DNA of 64,000 nucleotides, taken from positions 90,210,001 to 90,274,000 of the forward strand of contig OX597823.1 in the NCBI GenBank assembly GCA_951406725.2, written 5' to 3'. Under the pieces are notes generated by a model, which had not been told where the DNA came from, made no database searches, and worked only from the letters and a program-made list of their open reading frames with translations. Origin of the DNA: Octopus vulgaris (Eukaryota). This document shows, one piece after another, positions 1-11,625 of the stretch. A program made the position numbers and the translations under genes. Position 1 is the first letter of the stretch. Each line of letters starts with the position of its first letter.

Positions 1-113
1 ACGATTACATCAACTCCAGCGCTCAACTGGTACTATTTGTTATTTAGTTTATCGACCCCGAAAGGATGAAAAACAAAGTCGACCTGGGTGGAAATTGAAC
101 TCAGAACATCAAG

Positions 114-1034
114 CAGGGCCGGTTATCTTATAATTAGACAGACCTATTCAAATTGGGCCCTCGAGCGGATGATCCTAAGATGAATTAAATATGTCCCAAT
201 GCTTTTATTGCTTTGAGGATCAACCTAACAATGCCTGTAACAATCGCATCAGGCAAAAGAAGTATTTTGAAACCTAGAACTGATTAAAGCACCTACGGTC
301 AAATATCTGACAAGAGAGATTAAATAATAGAAAATGAAATTATCAAAATCATTAACTTTGAAATGATTTTGAAAGACTTCTCAGATAAAAACCCCAGAGA
401 TGTCTGTTTTTTAGAAGCTCTTTTCACAAACAATATATCAGTAATTATTAACTCATAATAAAACATTAAGGATCTTTTCGGTTTGAACGGCAGTTTTTAA
501 CATAATTTCTAGGTAACTAAAAAATTTTAAATTTCGTATACTGGTAGAATGTGTTTGTAAAACATCTTTTTCTCTTGGCTTTATTGAGAAAATTCTATAG
601 TTTGTAAGATATTTGTTGGTTTTTTTCCTTCAATTTCTGCAGTTTCAACCAATCACTGACGTCTATTGAGGTAAAAAAAACATTCTGTGCTGTATGAATG
701 TGTCCCTCGTTTCAGAAACAGATTGGGTTTATTTACATTTCTGAAGAGAAAAGATACCCTTCCCCCCACCCCTAACCGTAACCCTAACCCTAAAACAGAT
801 TGAAATGCAATAGATCGATACTAGGGTCATAAATATGGGTGACAATTTCATATGACACCGCTAGAAAAAACTGCCGTTCAAACCGAAAAGATCCAACATT
901 AAAACTTACATATGAGATTTCAATTTTTAGGTTATCGAAGCAAAGCATAAAACACCAGTCTCCTGCTTTTGTAGAGTAGATGGCTTCACTGACAATCCTC
1001 ATATTGGGCCCTGCACTTCCCAGTGTTGGCTCTG
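114..1034 (+). mobile_element. Decayed hAT DNA transposon inserted into a SINE
   Basis: Begins CAGGGCCGG and ends TTGGCTCTG. About 190-400 translates to ICPNAFIALRINLTMPVTIASGKRS, resembling the hAT C-terminal dimerisation domain. Imperfect duplication CATCAAGC/CATTAAGC. Minus-strand SINE halves lie at 1-110 and 1036-1085. Confidence 0.7.
470..894. mobile_element. MITE with 29-bp TIRs and 8-bp TSD (Merlin-like), containing CCCTAA repeats
   Basis: TIR GGATCTTTTCGGTTTGAACGGCAGTTTTT and its reverse complement; TSD AACATTAA at 462-469 and 895-902. Superfamily is inferred from the GG termini and 8-bp TSD. Confidence 0.9.
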
Positions 1035-1319
1035 CATTAAGCACTTTGTCCGGTGTGCAGACGATTTTGCCAGCTCACTCCCTTTGTCAGGATTAAAATA
1101 TTAAAAGTACGCTGTAATGAATGAATAGAAATATGACTAATGATGAACCACAGTCCAAATATAATTTTGTTATAAAAGTCCTCACTTTATTAATTTCCAT
1201 AAATGTTTAACATCGACGGCATTCATCTATGTAAATATATAGAAGGAGACACGCGTTGGACGGGATAATATGAGGAAATACGGATAAGAAACTACTGTAC
1301 ATAATTAACTTCTGTTGTG

Positions 1320-1357
<38 letters not shown>

Positions 1358-1614
1358 AGATCGCCATATAGAATATGGAAGGATGTCTGTAACACGACAT
1401 TTTGTAAAAACGGGTCGCAGAGATACAAGACATTCAGAATCAATGAATTACTCTCTCTTTGTGTGTGCGCGTGTGTACGTGTGTGTGTGTGCGTGTATAT
1501 GTAAATGTTTATACATATATATATTCGCATAAGAAACATAATATATATTCACTCAATAGGCCAAATAACCAATATTTAAAAAAAATACTCAGCACTTAAT
1601 ATAGAATGTATTGA

Positions 1615-1825
1615 AAGGGGGTGAGCTGGCAGAAATGTTAGCACGGTGGGCGAAATGCTTAGGGATATTTCGTTTGTCTTTACGTTCTGAGTTCAAATTC
1701 CGCCGAGGTCTACTTTGCCCTTCACCCTTTCGGGGTCAATAAATTAAGTACTAGTTGCGTACTGGGGTCGATCTAATCGACTGCCCCCTCCCCAAAAGTT
1801 TCGGGCCTTGTGCCTAGAGTAGAAA
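1615..1825 (+). mobile_element. tRNA-derived SINE, family A
   Basis: Head GAGCTGGCAGAA, B-box-like GAGTTCAAATTCC, core CTTTCGGGGTCAATAAATTAAGTAC; TSD AGAATGTATTGA at 1603-1614 and 1826-1837. Confidence 0.9.
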
Positions 1826-1850
1826 AGAATGTATTGAGTAAATATATATC

Positions 1851-2250
1851 CTTTTCTACTCAAGGCACAAGGCACGAATTTTTTGGGGAGGGATCAGTCA
1901 ATTAGATCGATCGACCCCAGTACGCACTGGTACTTGATTCATCGAACCCGAAAGGATGAAAGGCGAAGTCGACCTCGGCTGAATTTGAACTCAGAACGTT
2001 AAGACAGACGAAATACCTATTTCTTTATTACCCACAAGGGGCTAAACACAGAGAGGACAAACAAGGACAGATGAACGGATTAAGTGAATTATATCGACCC
2101 CAGTGCGTAACTGGTACTTATTTAATCGACCCTGAAAGGATGAAAGGCAAAGTCGACCTCGGCGGAATTTGAACTCAGAACGTAGCGGCAGACGAAATAC
2201 CGCTGAGTATTTCGCCCGGCGTGCTAACGATTCGGCCAGCTCATCGCCTT
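1851..2250 (-). mobile_element. SINE family A, dimeric/nested copy
   Basis: Two copies of GAAAGGATGAAAGGC(A/G)AAGTCGACCTCGGC...GAATTTGAACTCAGAACGT in reverse orientation. Confidence 0.9.
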
Positions 2251-2598
2251 TCAATACATTCTATATTAAATGCTGAGTATTTTTTAAAATATTGGTTATT
2301 TGATCGTCCGAGTCATCTACACAAAACCTCTTTCGATGCTTTTTTGGCGTGTGATCTACAAGGGAGATTACTTTAGGTTACTTTTTTAATTACTTTGTAC
2401 ATACTTAGCATTGTAAATGTATTTTTTCAAAATTCTTACTATTTTAATAATAAGAAAATATATAATAATTAAAATCAGTGCGTAGATGACCCACCAAAGT
2501 AAATGTGCTCATTATAGCTTCGGGCTGACCAAAACCTTGTCAGTGGATTTAGTTGACAGGAACTGAAAGAAGCCTGTCGTTTATATATGTGCGCGCGC

Positions 2599-2635
<37 letters not shown>

Positions 2636-3043
2636 TTTGTGTCTGTGTTGGTTCCCCACCTCAGTTTCACAACGGGTGTTGGTGTATTTACATCCCCGTA
2701 ACTTAGCGTTTCGTCAAAATTGCCCGATAGAATAAATATTAGCCTTTGAAAAGAAAAAGCGCTGGGGTCGATTTGTTTGATTGTTTTGCTCCAGCATGGC
2801 TGCAGTCAAGTGACTGAAACAAGTAAAAGAATAAAAGAATATATTCATTATTATTATTATTATTTTTATAAATTTCAGCCAATGGATTACGGCCATCCTG
2901 GGACACCGCAATCAATGTTGCTTCGGTCCTTTGTAACAGCACTGATAAAAATTATATTGTATTCAACGCAGAAGTTCTCATAATGTATTTAGCACGAATG
3001 AAGAAATTTGATGCGCCACTCTGATGGAAGATCATTCAGGATC

Positions 3044-3449
3044 TTGTGGCTGTGTGGTAAGTAGCTTGCTTACGAACCACATGGTTCCGGGTTCAGTCCC
3101 ACTGCATGGCACCTTGGGCAAGTGTCTTCTACAATAGTCTCGGGCCGACCAAAGCCTTGTGAGTGGATTTGGTAGACGGAAACTAAAAGAAGCCCGTCGT
3201 ATATATGTATATATATGTATGTATGTGTGTGTATATGTTTGTGTGTCTGTGTTTGTCCACCCAACATCGCTTGTCAACCAATGCTGGTGTGTTTACGTCC
3301 CCGTAACTTAGCGGTTCGGCAAAAGAGACCGATAGAATAAGAACTAGGCTTACAAAGAATAAGTCCTGGGGTCGATTTGCTCGACTAAAGGCGGTGCTCC
3401 AACACGGCCACAGTCAAATGACTGAAACAAATAAAAGTGTAAAAGAGTA
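3044..3449 (+). mobile_element. tRNA-derived SINE, family B (CORE-like). Other copies at about 2510-2840, 27375-27740, 28065-28470, 29495-29890, 30825-31280, 45105-45500, 47420-47580, 48295-48676
   Basis: Head GTGGCTGTGTGGTAAG...GGTTCAGTCCC, then CACCTTGGGCAAGTGTCTT (CORE-like), an internal TA/TG microsatellite and tail CAGTCAAATGACTGAAACAA; repeated many times in the window. Confidence 0.88.
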
Positions 3450-4257
3450 TAGAATATCCATGATCTTTTGATAACTATTCTATATGTAGCAGGTATTTCA
3501 CTCAATTTGAACCCATATTATTTTCCTGCAAATTAGAAAGTTTTCTTCACTAAAAAACCGGATCTTTGAAAAAGAACGATTATATCATTAAAAAACCCAA
3601 ACTAATCTATGACTGCAGATATAATTCAATGGCTGACGTCTGCTAAAATACTGACGAATCAGAAGCTGTTGATCGCAGGTTAGATAAGTTTTAATTCAGT
3701 CAACTCATCCTATAAAATGACAGTCACACAGGTACAGTCAGAGAAGGAGAGTTTATTGCTTGATAAGAGAGAACCGAAGGCAGTCATGCGTCACATCAAA
3801 TGCTTTTTCTTATGAGCTGAGGTGGTCGGCCAGACCTTGCTAAATATGAAGAATCTGCAATGTGATATTGCTCGTACGAGCAAAGGGAGTTATGCTAAGG
3901 TCGCTGACACGTATTTATTCACGAACTCTTTCTACCAGCTCTGTCTTGCCCTGTCTCATCCACATGCAACCACACAATCTAAGTAAATTACTAATATGAG
4001 CCGAACTTTCCGGCGTTATTCTGCTGTTTTCTTTTCTGGAGACTGTTGTGTTCTATTTAAACTTTGTTGTGTTTTCGGGCAAAATTATATTCTCTTTTGT
4101 TGAAATCAAGGATTAAAAAAAAATTTGAAAAGAAAGCATGTGGAATGCGTTATCGACACCCAGATCCTTTTTCTAAATCGCTTTCGGGGATCCTTGGGGA
4201 AATTCAGATTGGCCTGAGTTTCTAGATTCTTTTCTTCAGTTACACATTGTTAATTCT

Positions 4258-4490
4258 TATTTCTTTATTGCTCACAAGGGGCTAAACATAAAGGGGACAA
4301 TCAAGGACAGATAATGGGATTAAGTCGATTAGATCGACCCCAGTGCGTAACTAGTACTTATTTCATCGACCCCGAAAGGATGGAAGGCAAAGTCGACCTC
4401 GGCGGAATTTGAACTCAGAACGTAACGGCAGACGAAATATGGCTACGCATTTCACCCGGCGTGCTAATGATTCTGCCGGCTCGCCGCCTT
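4258..4490 (-). mobile_element. SINE family A, full length
   Basis: 15-bp TSD CACATTGTTAATTCT at 4243-4257 and 4491-4505. Confidence 0.92.
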
Positions 4491-4559
4491 CACATTGTTA
4501 ATTCTATTGCATGCGTAGCGGGCTTACTGTTTGCAGCCTATGGTTTCAGGCTATTTTCA

Positions 4560-5435
4560 GCTATCTAATAGTTTCCTGATTATTCTGGCCGTGTGAAAGA
4601 AGCAAACCTTTTGTAACAGTTCTACTGGGCACTCTATTCCAGTTTCCTTAATATTCTTCCTAGTGCTTTCTGATACTGTTCCCAAGGACCCAACAATAAT
4701 TGGCACTATCTTTACCTTCTTCATTTTCCATAGCCAGGCTATTTCGTATTTAAGAGGGTTGTATCTATCTATTTCTTTGCCTCCCTTCTTGACTATTCAG
4801 GGTCAAAGAGGCATGTAACATCAACTATATAGCGTATGTGATGCACCTTGTCCACCACCACTAGGTCCGGTGTGTTACGCTTTAGCACCTTATCTGTTTG
4901 GATTGGGAAATCCCAGAGTACTTTGCTAGTCTCCGACTCTGCCACTCTCTGCGGTTTGTGTTCATACCACGTATTGCCTCTCTCTAGCCTCCACTTTTCG
5001 CACAGGTTCCAACGGAGCACTTTCGCTACCTGGTCGTGTCGTCACACCATGTAGTGGTTTTGGGCAAGTCTAGGGCATTCGTTCGTGATATGGGCAATGG
5101 TTTCATCCACTCCATTACAGATGCGGCACAGCAGAGACACTTGCGCATTCCTAAAATTGACCCTGTAGTTCGTGGCCAAAGTTTGGTCTTGCGCTGCCAG
5201 TATTGTTCTCTCGGTCTCTTTTTTTAGGGTCCCTTTTACCAGCCAATCCCGCCTATATTTTCCAGCAACTTCTGTTGTGGTTCCAAGGAATTGATTGTGT
5301 CGTCCCTTCTTCGTTAATTCTGCTTCATGTCCTTTTTGTATTTCTTCCTTTGTTTTCCCTTTTTCCTAACTGTCACTAATAAGGTTTCCTTACTTAGGGC
5401 TAGGTATCACATTAAGCTCCTGAGTTCGATGCACA
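4560..5435 (-). mobile_element. Non-LTR retrotransposon 3' fragment with restriction-like endonuclease (R4/Dong-like), frameshifted
   Basis: Minus-strand translation gives CRICNGVDETIAHITNEC (CCHC knuckle), RHDQVAK, LRWNLCEKW...WYEHKP...KVLWDFPIQTD...PDLVVVDK...IVDV and IVPIIVGSLGTV, typical of RLE-type LINE C-termini. Confidence 0.85.
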
Positions 5436-5445
5436 GTTACGACTA

Positions 5446-5476
<31 letters not shown>

Positions 5477-5622
5477 AGCTGCTACTAGTTCGTGCTAATT
5501 TAGTCAGCAAGTATTTTATCTTGATGTTTGGTGACACCTAATCTCCTCAAATCTCAAAAACCTTTCTTAGGATTCTTGCAGAATATAGCATGGTCCTTTT
5601 CTGTAGGTTGACAACCTTTCTA

Positions 5623-5623
<1 letters not shown>

Positions 5624-5670
<47 letters not shown>

Positions 5671-5676
5671 CATCAT

Positions 5677-5707
<31 letters not shown>

Positions 5708-5768
5708 ATTATTGTTGTTGTTATTATTATTATTGTTATTATTATTATTATTGTTATTATTATTATTG

Positions 5769-5816
<48 letters not shown>

Positions 5817-5836
5817 GTAGTAGTAGTAGTAGTAGT
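5624..5836. repeat. Compound trinucleotide microsatellite (TAT/CAT/TGT/TAG)n
   Basis: Directly visible; explains the poly-Y and poly-L ORFs. Confidence 0.97.
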
Positions 5837-6411
5837 ATTTTGTTATTTTGTGAGCTGGCAGAATTATTAGAGCGCTGAACAAAATACCTTTCAGTATTTC
5901 TTCCGATTCCTTAAATTCGGAGTTCAAATCCAGTCGAGATCAACTTTGCCTTCATGACCAATAAAATAAGTAGCTGTCAAATACTGGGGTTGGTTCAACC
6001 CATTGAATCCCTGACCCTAAATCCCTTGTGGTTATGTTACACTATGTATAAAATAATTGTAGCGGAATATTCAGGAATCACCTTGTAGCAGAAGTGATTT
6101 TCTTTCTTTATAACCTGATGTCACGATTGGCCAGAATGTTGCCCACATGATCAGTGAATCTGATCAATCGCGACTTCGCCTGGAAAGAATATTACCCATG
6201 TAATAAGAAAATCTGGCCAATCGCGACTTCATGTGGAAAAGGCTTCAGCGATTAATATCACTTTTGACGCGCAGACAAGTGGTGGAAAGACACGGGCAGC
6301 GGCTGAACCAAGCTAATATCATCACAATGAACTGTCGGTCACAGCGACGCAATGACTAGCTGTCACTTTTCGAATACTATTTCAATTACACCAAGGACAA
6401 TAACATCTTTC

Positions 6412-6837
6412 AGATCTTTTCGGTTTGACCGGCAGTTTTTTAAAATAATTTCCACGTAACTAAACACTTTTAAACTTCGTATACTGGTAGAATGTGTTTA
6501 TAAAACATCTTTTTCTCTTGGTTTTATTGAGAAAATTCTATAGTTTGTAAGATATTTGTTTTTTTTTCTTCAATTTCTGCAATTTCAACCAATCAATGAC
6601 GTCTATTGAGATGAAAACGTTCTGTGCCGTATGAATATGTCCAACGTTTAAGAAACAGATTGGGTTTATTTACATTTCTGAAAAAAAAAAAGATACCCTC
6701 CCTCCCTCCCACCCCTAACCCTAACCCTAACCCTAAAACAGATTGAAATGCAATAGATCGATACTAGGGTCATAATTATGGGTGACAATTTCATATGACA
6801 CCGCTAGAAAAAACTGCCGGTCAAACCGAATAGATCC
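6412..6837. mobile_element. Second copy of the Merlin-like MITE
   Basis: Colinear with 470-894; TSD CATCTTTC at 6404-6411 and 6838-6845; four CCCTAA units at about 6713-6735. Confidence 0.9.
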
Positions 6838-7568
6838 CATCTTTCAACAAGAAATGAAGTTTGTTCGTAAACACTTCAACAGTTTTCATTTTTTTATGCA
6901 CAACTGTTGATCGACGACATTAGAAATAGCAGTCAACTCGTATTACCATAAGCAGTCATATACAGCTCCTAACGTTTAGCCAATCTGCTCAAGTACAAGT
7001 AGCAATGACATCTAGCAGCCACATAATATAACATAGATGGTCTGTTCTTGCCGCTGATCATGAAACCTGGCGTTTCACTCTCCTCTAAGAAACGGCCTCT
7101 TTTGAAGACACCCGCAGGACCATCCTTGTAAACAAGAAAAAAAGAAAAAAGAAAATAGGAGGATAAAAATAGGACATAACATCCAACCCGGACCAACCGC
7201 GCCTAAAAAATTATCATTACGATAAATGGTAAGGCGGTGAGCCGGACAAAATGCTTAGCGGTATTTCGTCCGTATTTATGTTCTGAGTTCAAATTCCATC
7301 GAAGTCGACTTTGCCTTTCATCCCTTCGGGGTCGATAAAATAAGCACTAGTTATGCACTAGAGTCGATGTAATCGACTTACCCACCACTCACAAATTCCA
7401 GGCTTTATGCCTAAAGTAGAAAGGATTATCAGCGTATGCCATACAGTGGCCCAGCAACAAAATTTGCTAAGGGAGTGCAAACCCAGGACCTAATTTTTTA
7501 AATGAAAAATGTGGATTTTTCCAATGTTAACATTAAAACAGATGCAGGTATAATAATTTTTATTATTA

Positions 7569-8075
7569 TGAGGGTCCGCTGAAATGTTCATAATCTGAGC
7601 AAGACACTCTCAATGGAATGTGACCAAATGAAGTTCATTTCTAACACAGTTCCTCTTACTGTCCACACACTTCCATTAGTAGTTGCAGTGCTTGGGTCGC
7701 ACTGGTGACGAAGCTTTTCTGTTGATCAAAATGGTCATCAACAACAGATAAGATGTTCTCATCATAGTGATACTGGTGCTCAGCTGAGTGTTTTTCTATG
7801 TTGGGAAACAGATGATAACCAGAAGGAACCAAATCACTAACATAGGGTGGATGATCAACCAGTTCAAAGCTAGTCACATACAGCAGCCATTGAAACCAAG
7901 GACTTGTGTGCTGAAGCATTGTCCTAATGAAACAAGACCCCATTCATCAGTTTTTCTGGGTGTTTGGTCTTGATAGCCTTTCATAACTGCCTTAGGAAGT
8001 TGGTATTGAAATTTTCCATTGATGGTGTGATAATTTTGAAGATAGTCAATAAACACAATATTTTGTGCATTAATG
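7569..8075 (-). mobile_element. Mariner transposase remnant (3' part)
   Basis: IVFIDYLQNYHTING and FELVDHPPYVSDLVPSGYHLFPNI (degenerate HPPYSPDLAPSDYHLF); frameshifted. Confidence 0.88.
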
Positions 8076-8374
8076 CATAGTATATATAATGATGTGAAGT
8101 ATATTTTGCATATTAGAATGTTAAATTTTGGAAATGTATCAAGCAGATAAAAATACAAATTGCAAGTATTTCAAAATGTGGGACACTACATGACAAAAAC
8201 TAACAAAAAAAAGGAAGAAAATAGTGGTGCTTGTGTTCCAAAGGTACAATGAGAAGGCTCAGGAGAAGGATAGAGAGATGGGGTAGAGGGAAGGAAGTTA
8301 GAAGGAAAGAAAAGAATGAAAAGTGAAAAGATAAACTGGGAATCTGAAATGAGTACTAGGCAGGAAATTGGCCA

Positions 8375-8560
8375 CTGTGCCGGTGGCATGTAAAAACAGC
8401 ACCCACTACACTCTCAGAGTAGTTGGCGTTAGGAAGGGCATCCAGCTGTAGAAACACTGCCAGATCAGACAGGCGCCTGGTGCAGCCTCCTGGCTTCCCA
8501 GGCCCCAGTCGAGCCATTTCAACACATTCCAGCATGGAAAATGGACATTAAACGATGATG
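8375..8560 (+). mobile_element. Short retroposon family C with (GAT)n tail. Other copies at about 33737-34113, 45920-46165, 50395-50780 and 59358-59515 (minus)
   Basis: Recurrent GCACCCACTACACTCT...TTAGGAAGGGCATCCAGCTGTAG...GCATGGAAA...TTAAACGATGATG. Confidence 0.8.
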
Positions 8561-8964
8561 TCTTACCTATGCACTGGTCAAGTAGAAAAACGATGAGTGA
8601 CAAAAAATTGGATTGTCTTTTGGTACCAAAAAAGTGAAGAAAGAGAGTAGAGAAGGTTAGGGAAGAGCAAGTAGGAAGAAAGAGAGAGTGTGGAGAAATA
8701 AGGGAATAAAGATAGACAGTAGGTAGTTGTTGGAGATGGACAGATGAAGAAATGGAAGGCAGTAAAGAGAGAAAAGCAGCAGATAGGTAGAGAGGTAGAT
8801 AGAGGGGAGAGGAGAAGGACAGAGAAATAGATAGAAAAGAGAGACAGTCTTGCACCAAATATTGAACACTGCGTAGGGTACCACTGAGTGAGAACAGAAG
8901 TGAGTGTGTGACATTACATTGACTAACAGACCTAAAATACTGCACAGAAACTCAACAAACATAT

Positions 8965-9775
8965 ATAATGATAAAGGAAATTGTTGTATACAGTGCTCAG
9001 GTGCACTACAACTAAGATGAAAAAAATGGCTATCAGGTGTTGGCGGATTTCAGGACACATAGAAGTTTTGAAGGATGTAGTGAATTGACAGCTAACAACT
9101 GATGCAGGTGGTTTATTCCATGCTTCTGCAATTCTGAGCATGAAAAATTGTTTCCGAAAGTCATGGGTGCTGTGTTGTTTTTTGATTTTATAAGCATGTC
9201 CGTGAGTGATTGTCATAAGGAATTCAAAAAATTACCGAAGGTTGATGCTGGAAATATTTTGAATAATCTTGTGGGTGTCAATCAAGTCAGTTGCCAGACG
9301 TCTGAGCTTCAATGTATCCATGCCCAGGAATGCAAGACGTTCAGAGTATGGTAGATGTCTGACGGTGGGTATTCGCTTTGTTGCACATTTCTGAACAGTT
9401 TCCAGGAGATTTATATGCTGAGAAAGAGAGGGGTTCCAGACTAGTGATGCAAATCCCAAGTGTGGACATACCATTGTCGTATACAATTTTAAATAGATAG
9501 CAGGAGAGATATGCTAGCACCACCTCAGCCTTTTTGACAATCTTAGATATGTGGTTTGTCCAATGCAGATTGTTGTTTACAATAATACCCAGAACATGTC
9601 CACCAGAAGACTTCTTGAGATGGTGTTGCTGAGGAAGTATGTAAAAATTGGATTTTTCCTACCAAAATACATGGTGATACACTTGTCTACAGATAGCTTG
9701 AGATGCCAGTCAGAGATCCACTGCTGCATTGTATCTAGATCTGATTGCAGGTACAGCTTGGTATCATCGGCATTT
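8965..9775 (-). mobile_element. CR1-clade LINE 3' fragment (reverse transcriptase C-terminus)
   Basis: ADDTKLYLQSDLDTMQQWISDWHLKLSVDKC; VCPHLGFASLVWNP...LLETVQKCATKRIP...LPYSERL...LKLRRLATDL; FRKQFFMLRIAEAWNK. Confidence 0.9.
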
Positions 9776-9784
9776 TTCAACACT

Positions 9785-10790
9785 GAACTCCGACCAAAGA
9801 TCCGGGAAGTAAGAAAATCTTCGGAATTTCAAGAAAGTTTTCGACCAAATTTTCAGGAAGTTAGAAAATCCTCGGAACTCCGCAAGAAGTTTTCGACAAA
9901 ATTTCCCGGAAGTTAGAAAATCCTCGGAACTTCCCAGGAAGATTTCGACGAAGCTCCTCGGAAGTTAGAAAACCCTCGGAACTTCCCAGGAAGATTTAGA
10001 CGAAACTTCCCGGGGTAAGGAAATCCTTGGAACTCCCCAGTAAAATTTCGACGAAACTTCCCGGAACTTTGAAAATCCTCGGAACTTCCCAGGAAGTTTT
10101 CGACGAAACTTCTCGGAAGTTAGAAAATCCTCGGAACTACCCAGGAAGTTCACGACGAAACTTCCCGTAAGAAAATCATCGGAACTTCCCAGGAAGTTTT
10201 GGACGAAACTTCCAAGGAAGATTTCGACGAAACTTCCGGGACGTTATAAAATCCTCGGAACTTCCCGGGAAGTCGGAACTTCCCATTTGGACGAAACCTC
10301 CAGGGAAGATTTCGACGAAACTTCCTGGAAGGTATAAAATCCTCGAAACTTCCCAGGAAGTTTACGATTAAACTTCCCGGAAGTATGAAAGTCCTCGGAA
10401 CTTCCAAGAAAGATTTCGACGAAAATTCCTGGAAGTTAGAAAATCATCGGAACTTCCCAGGAACTTTACGACGAAACTTCCTGGAAGAAAATCCTCGGAA
10501 CTTCCAAGGAGTGATTTCGACGAAACTTGCAGGAAGTCAGAAAATCCTCGGAACTTGCCAGAAAATCTTCGACGAAAGAAATCCTCGGAACTTCCCAGTA
10601 AAATTTCGACGAAACTTACCGGAAGTTAGAAAATCCTCGGAACTTGCCAGGAAATCTTTGACGAAACTTCCCGGAAGTTATAAATTCCTCGGAAATTCCC
10701 AGGAAGGTTTCGACAAAACTTCCTGGAAGTTAGAAAATCCTCGGAACTTGCCAGGAACGTTACGACGAAACTTCCTGGAAGAAAACCTAA
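9785..10790. repeat. Tandem array with a unit of about 52 bp, roughly 19 degenerate copies
   Basis: Unit GAAAATCCTCGGAACTTCCCAGGAAGATTTCGACGAAACTTCCCGGAAGTTA; starts at 9864, 9916 and 9968 are exactly 52 bp apart. Confidence 0.95.
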
Positions 10791-11235
10791 GCACACAGTA
10801 TCGCCTACGTACGCGTGGACGTAGCCGCGACCGATGTCGCGAGGTACAGGCGTTCGATACGGCGACGTGTTCCGTCCCGTAAATTCCCGAAAGATGACAA
10901 ACTGCGGCCAGTGCAGGTATCGGCCGATAGCAGCTATGAGCCCGCCTTCGCCCGCGGCTCCGGCGTGCTACCGTAAGGCTGAAGTGAGGGTGAAGAGAAC
11001 CTCGCGGTGTCGCCCACGTACGCGTGGACGTAGGCGCGATCGATGCCATCAGTCTCCGTGGGTGTGTGGCGATACGCACCGGGTAAATAGAGCGACGTGG
11101 TCCGACCCGTAAGTCGAAAGAATCAGACCCGTAAGCATACGGGTCGGCCCCGGCTGGATAGTCACGCTCTAGGTGACCGTCGCACCCCAAGGGGGTCAAG
11201 ACTATATTGGGGGCTTGCAGTCGTCAGGTGCTACA
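10791..11235. other. GC/CpG-rich block with internal duplication and hairpins, origin unknown
   Basis: CGCC(T/C)ACGTACGCGTGGACGTAG(C/G)CGCGA at 10802 and 11011; GCGACGTG(T/G)TCCG(T/A)CCCGTAA twice; perfect stem GACCCGTA-AGCA-TACGGGTC. Confidence 0.75.
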
Positions 11236-11239
11236 TTTA

Positions 11240-11625
11240 AAGGTTAGTTTGATAATATGACTGATGGAAAATGCATCATTTGACATGATTACACCTAAGT
11301 CCTGTATGTCATTATTGCTCCGAATCATTATGTTACCTTGTGTCAAATATTGCGATTTGGGTGAATTCGTTTGTAATGAAGAAGCTGAAATTTGATGTAC
11401 TAATTTTCGTATTTTTTCTGGTTTAGATTCTAGCCATCGATATTCTTGTGTAATTCATTCCCTGATACATACGACGTATTACAAGTAACTTAGAGAGAAA
11501 TCCATTTGCAGTAATAGGTTGACTCCTACCATATAGAGAGTTAAAGAACCATTCTCCGACTTTTCCTGTGATACCAAGATTTCCTAAATTATGACAGATG
11601 ATTCCATGATCAAAGCATTTAACAA
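11240..11625 (-). mobile_element. Old CR1-like LINE reverse transcriptase fragment (different family from 8965-9775)
   Basis: FDHGIICHNLGNLGITGKVGEWFFNSLYGRSQPITANG, and downstream KFQLLHY...IQDLGVIMSND. Confidence 0.78.

Noticed and set aside
6713-6735. True telomere or chromosome fusion site
   Set aside because: Only four units, internal to a MITE with TIRs and a TSD.
9785-10790. CRISPR array
   Set aside because: Units are contiguous degenerate copies with no unique spacers, there are no cas genes, and the context is eukaryotic.
10385-11199. ORFs of 165 and 173 aa
   Set aside because: They arise from the satellite and from GC richness, with no recognisable domain.
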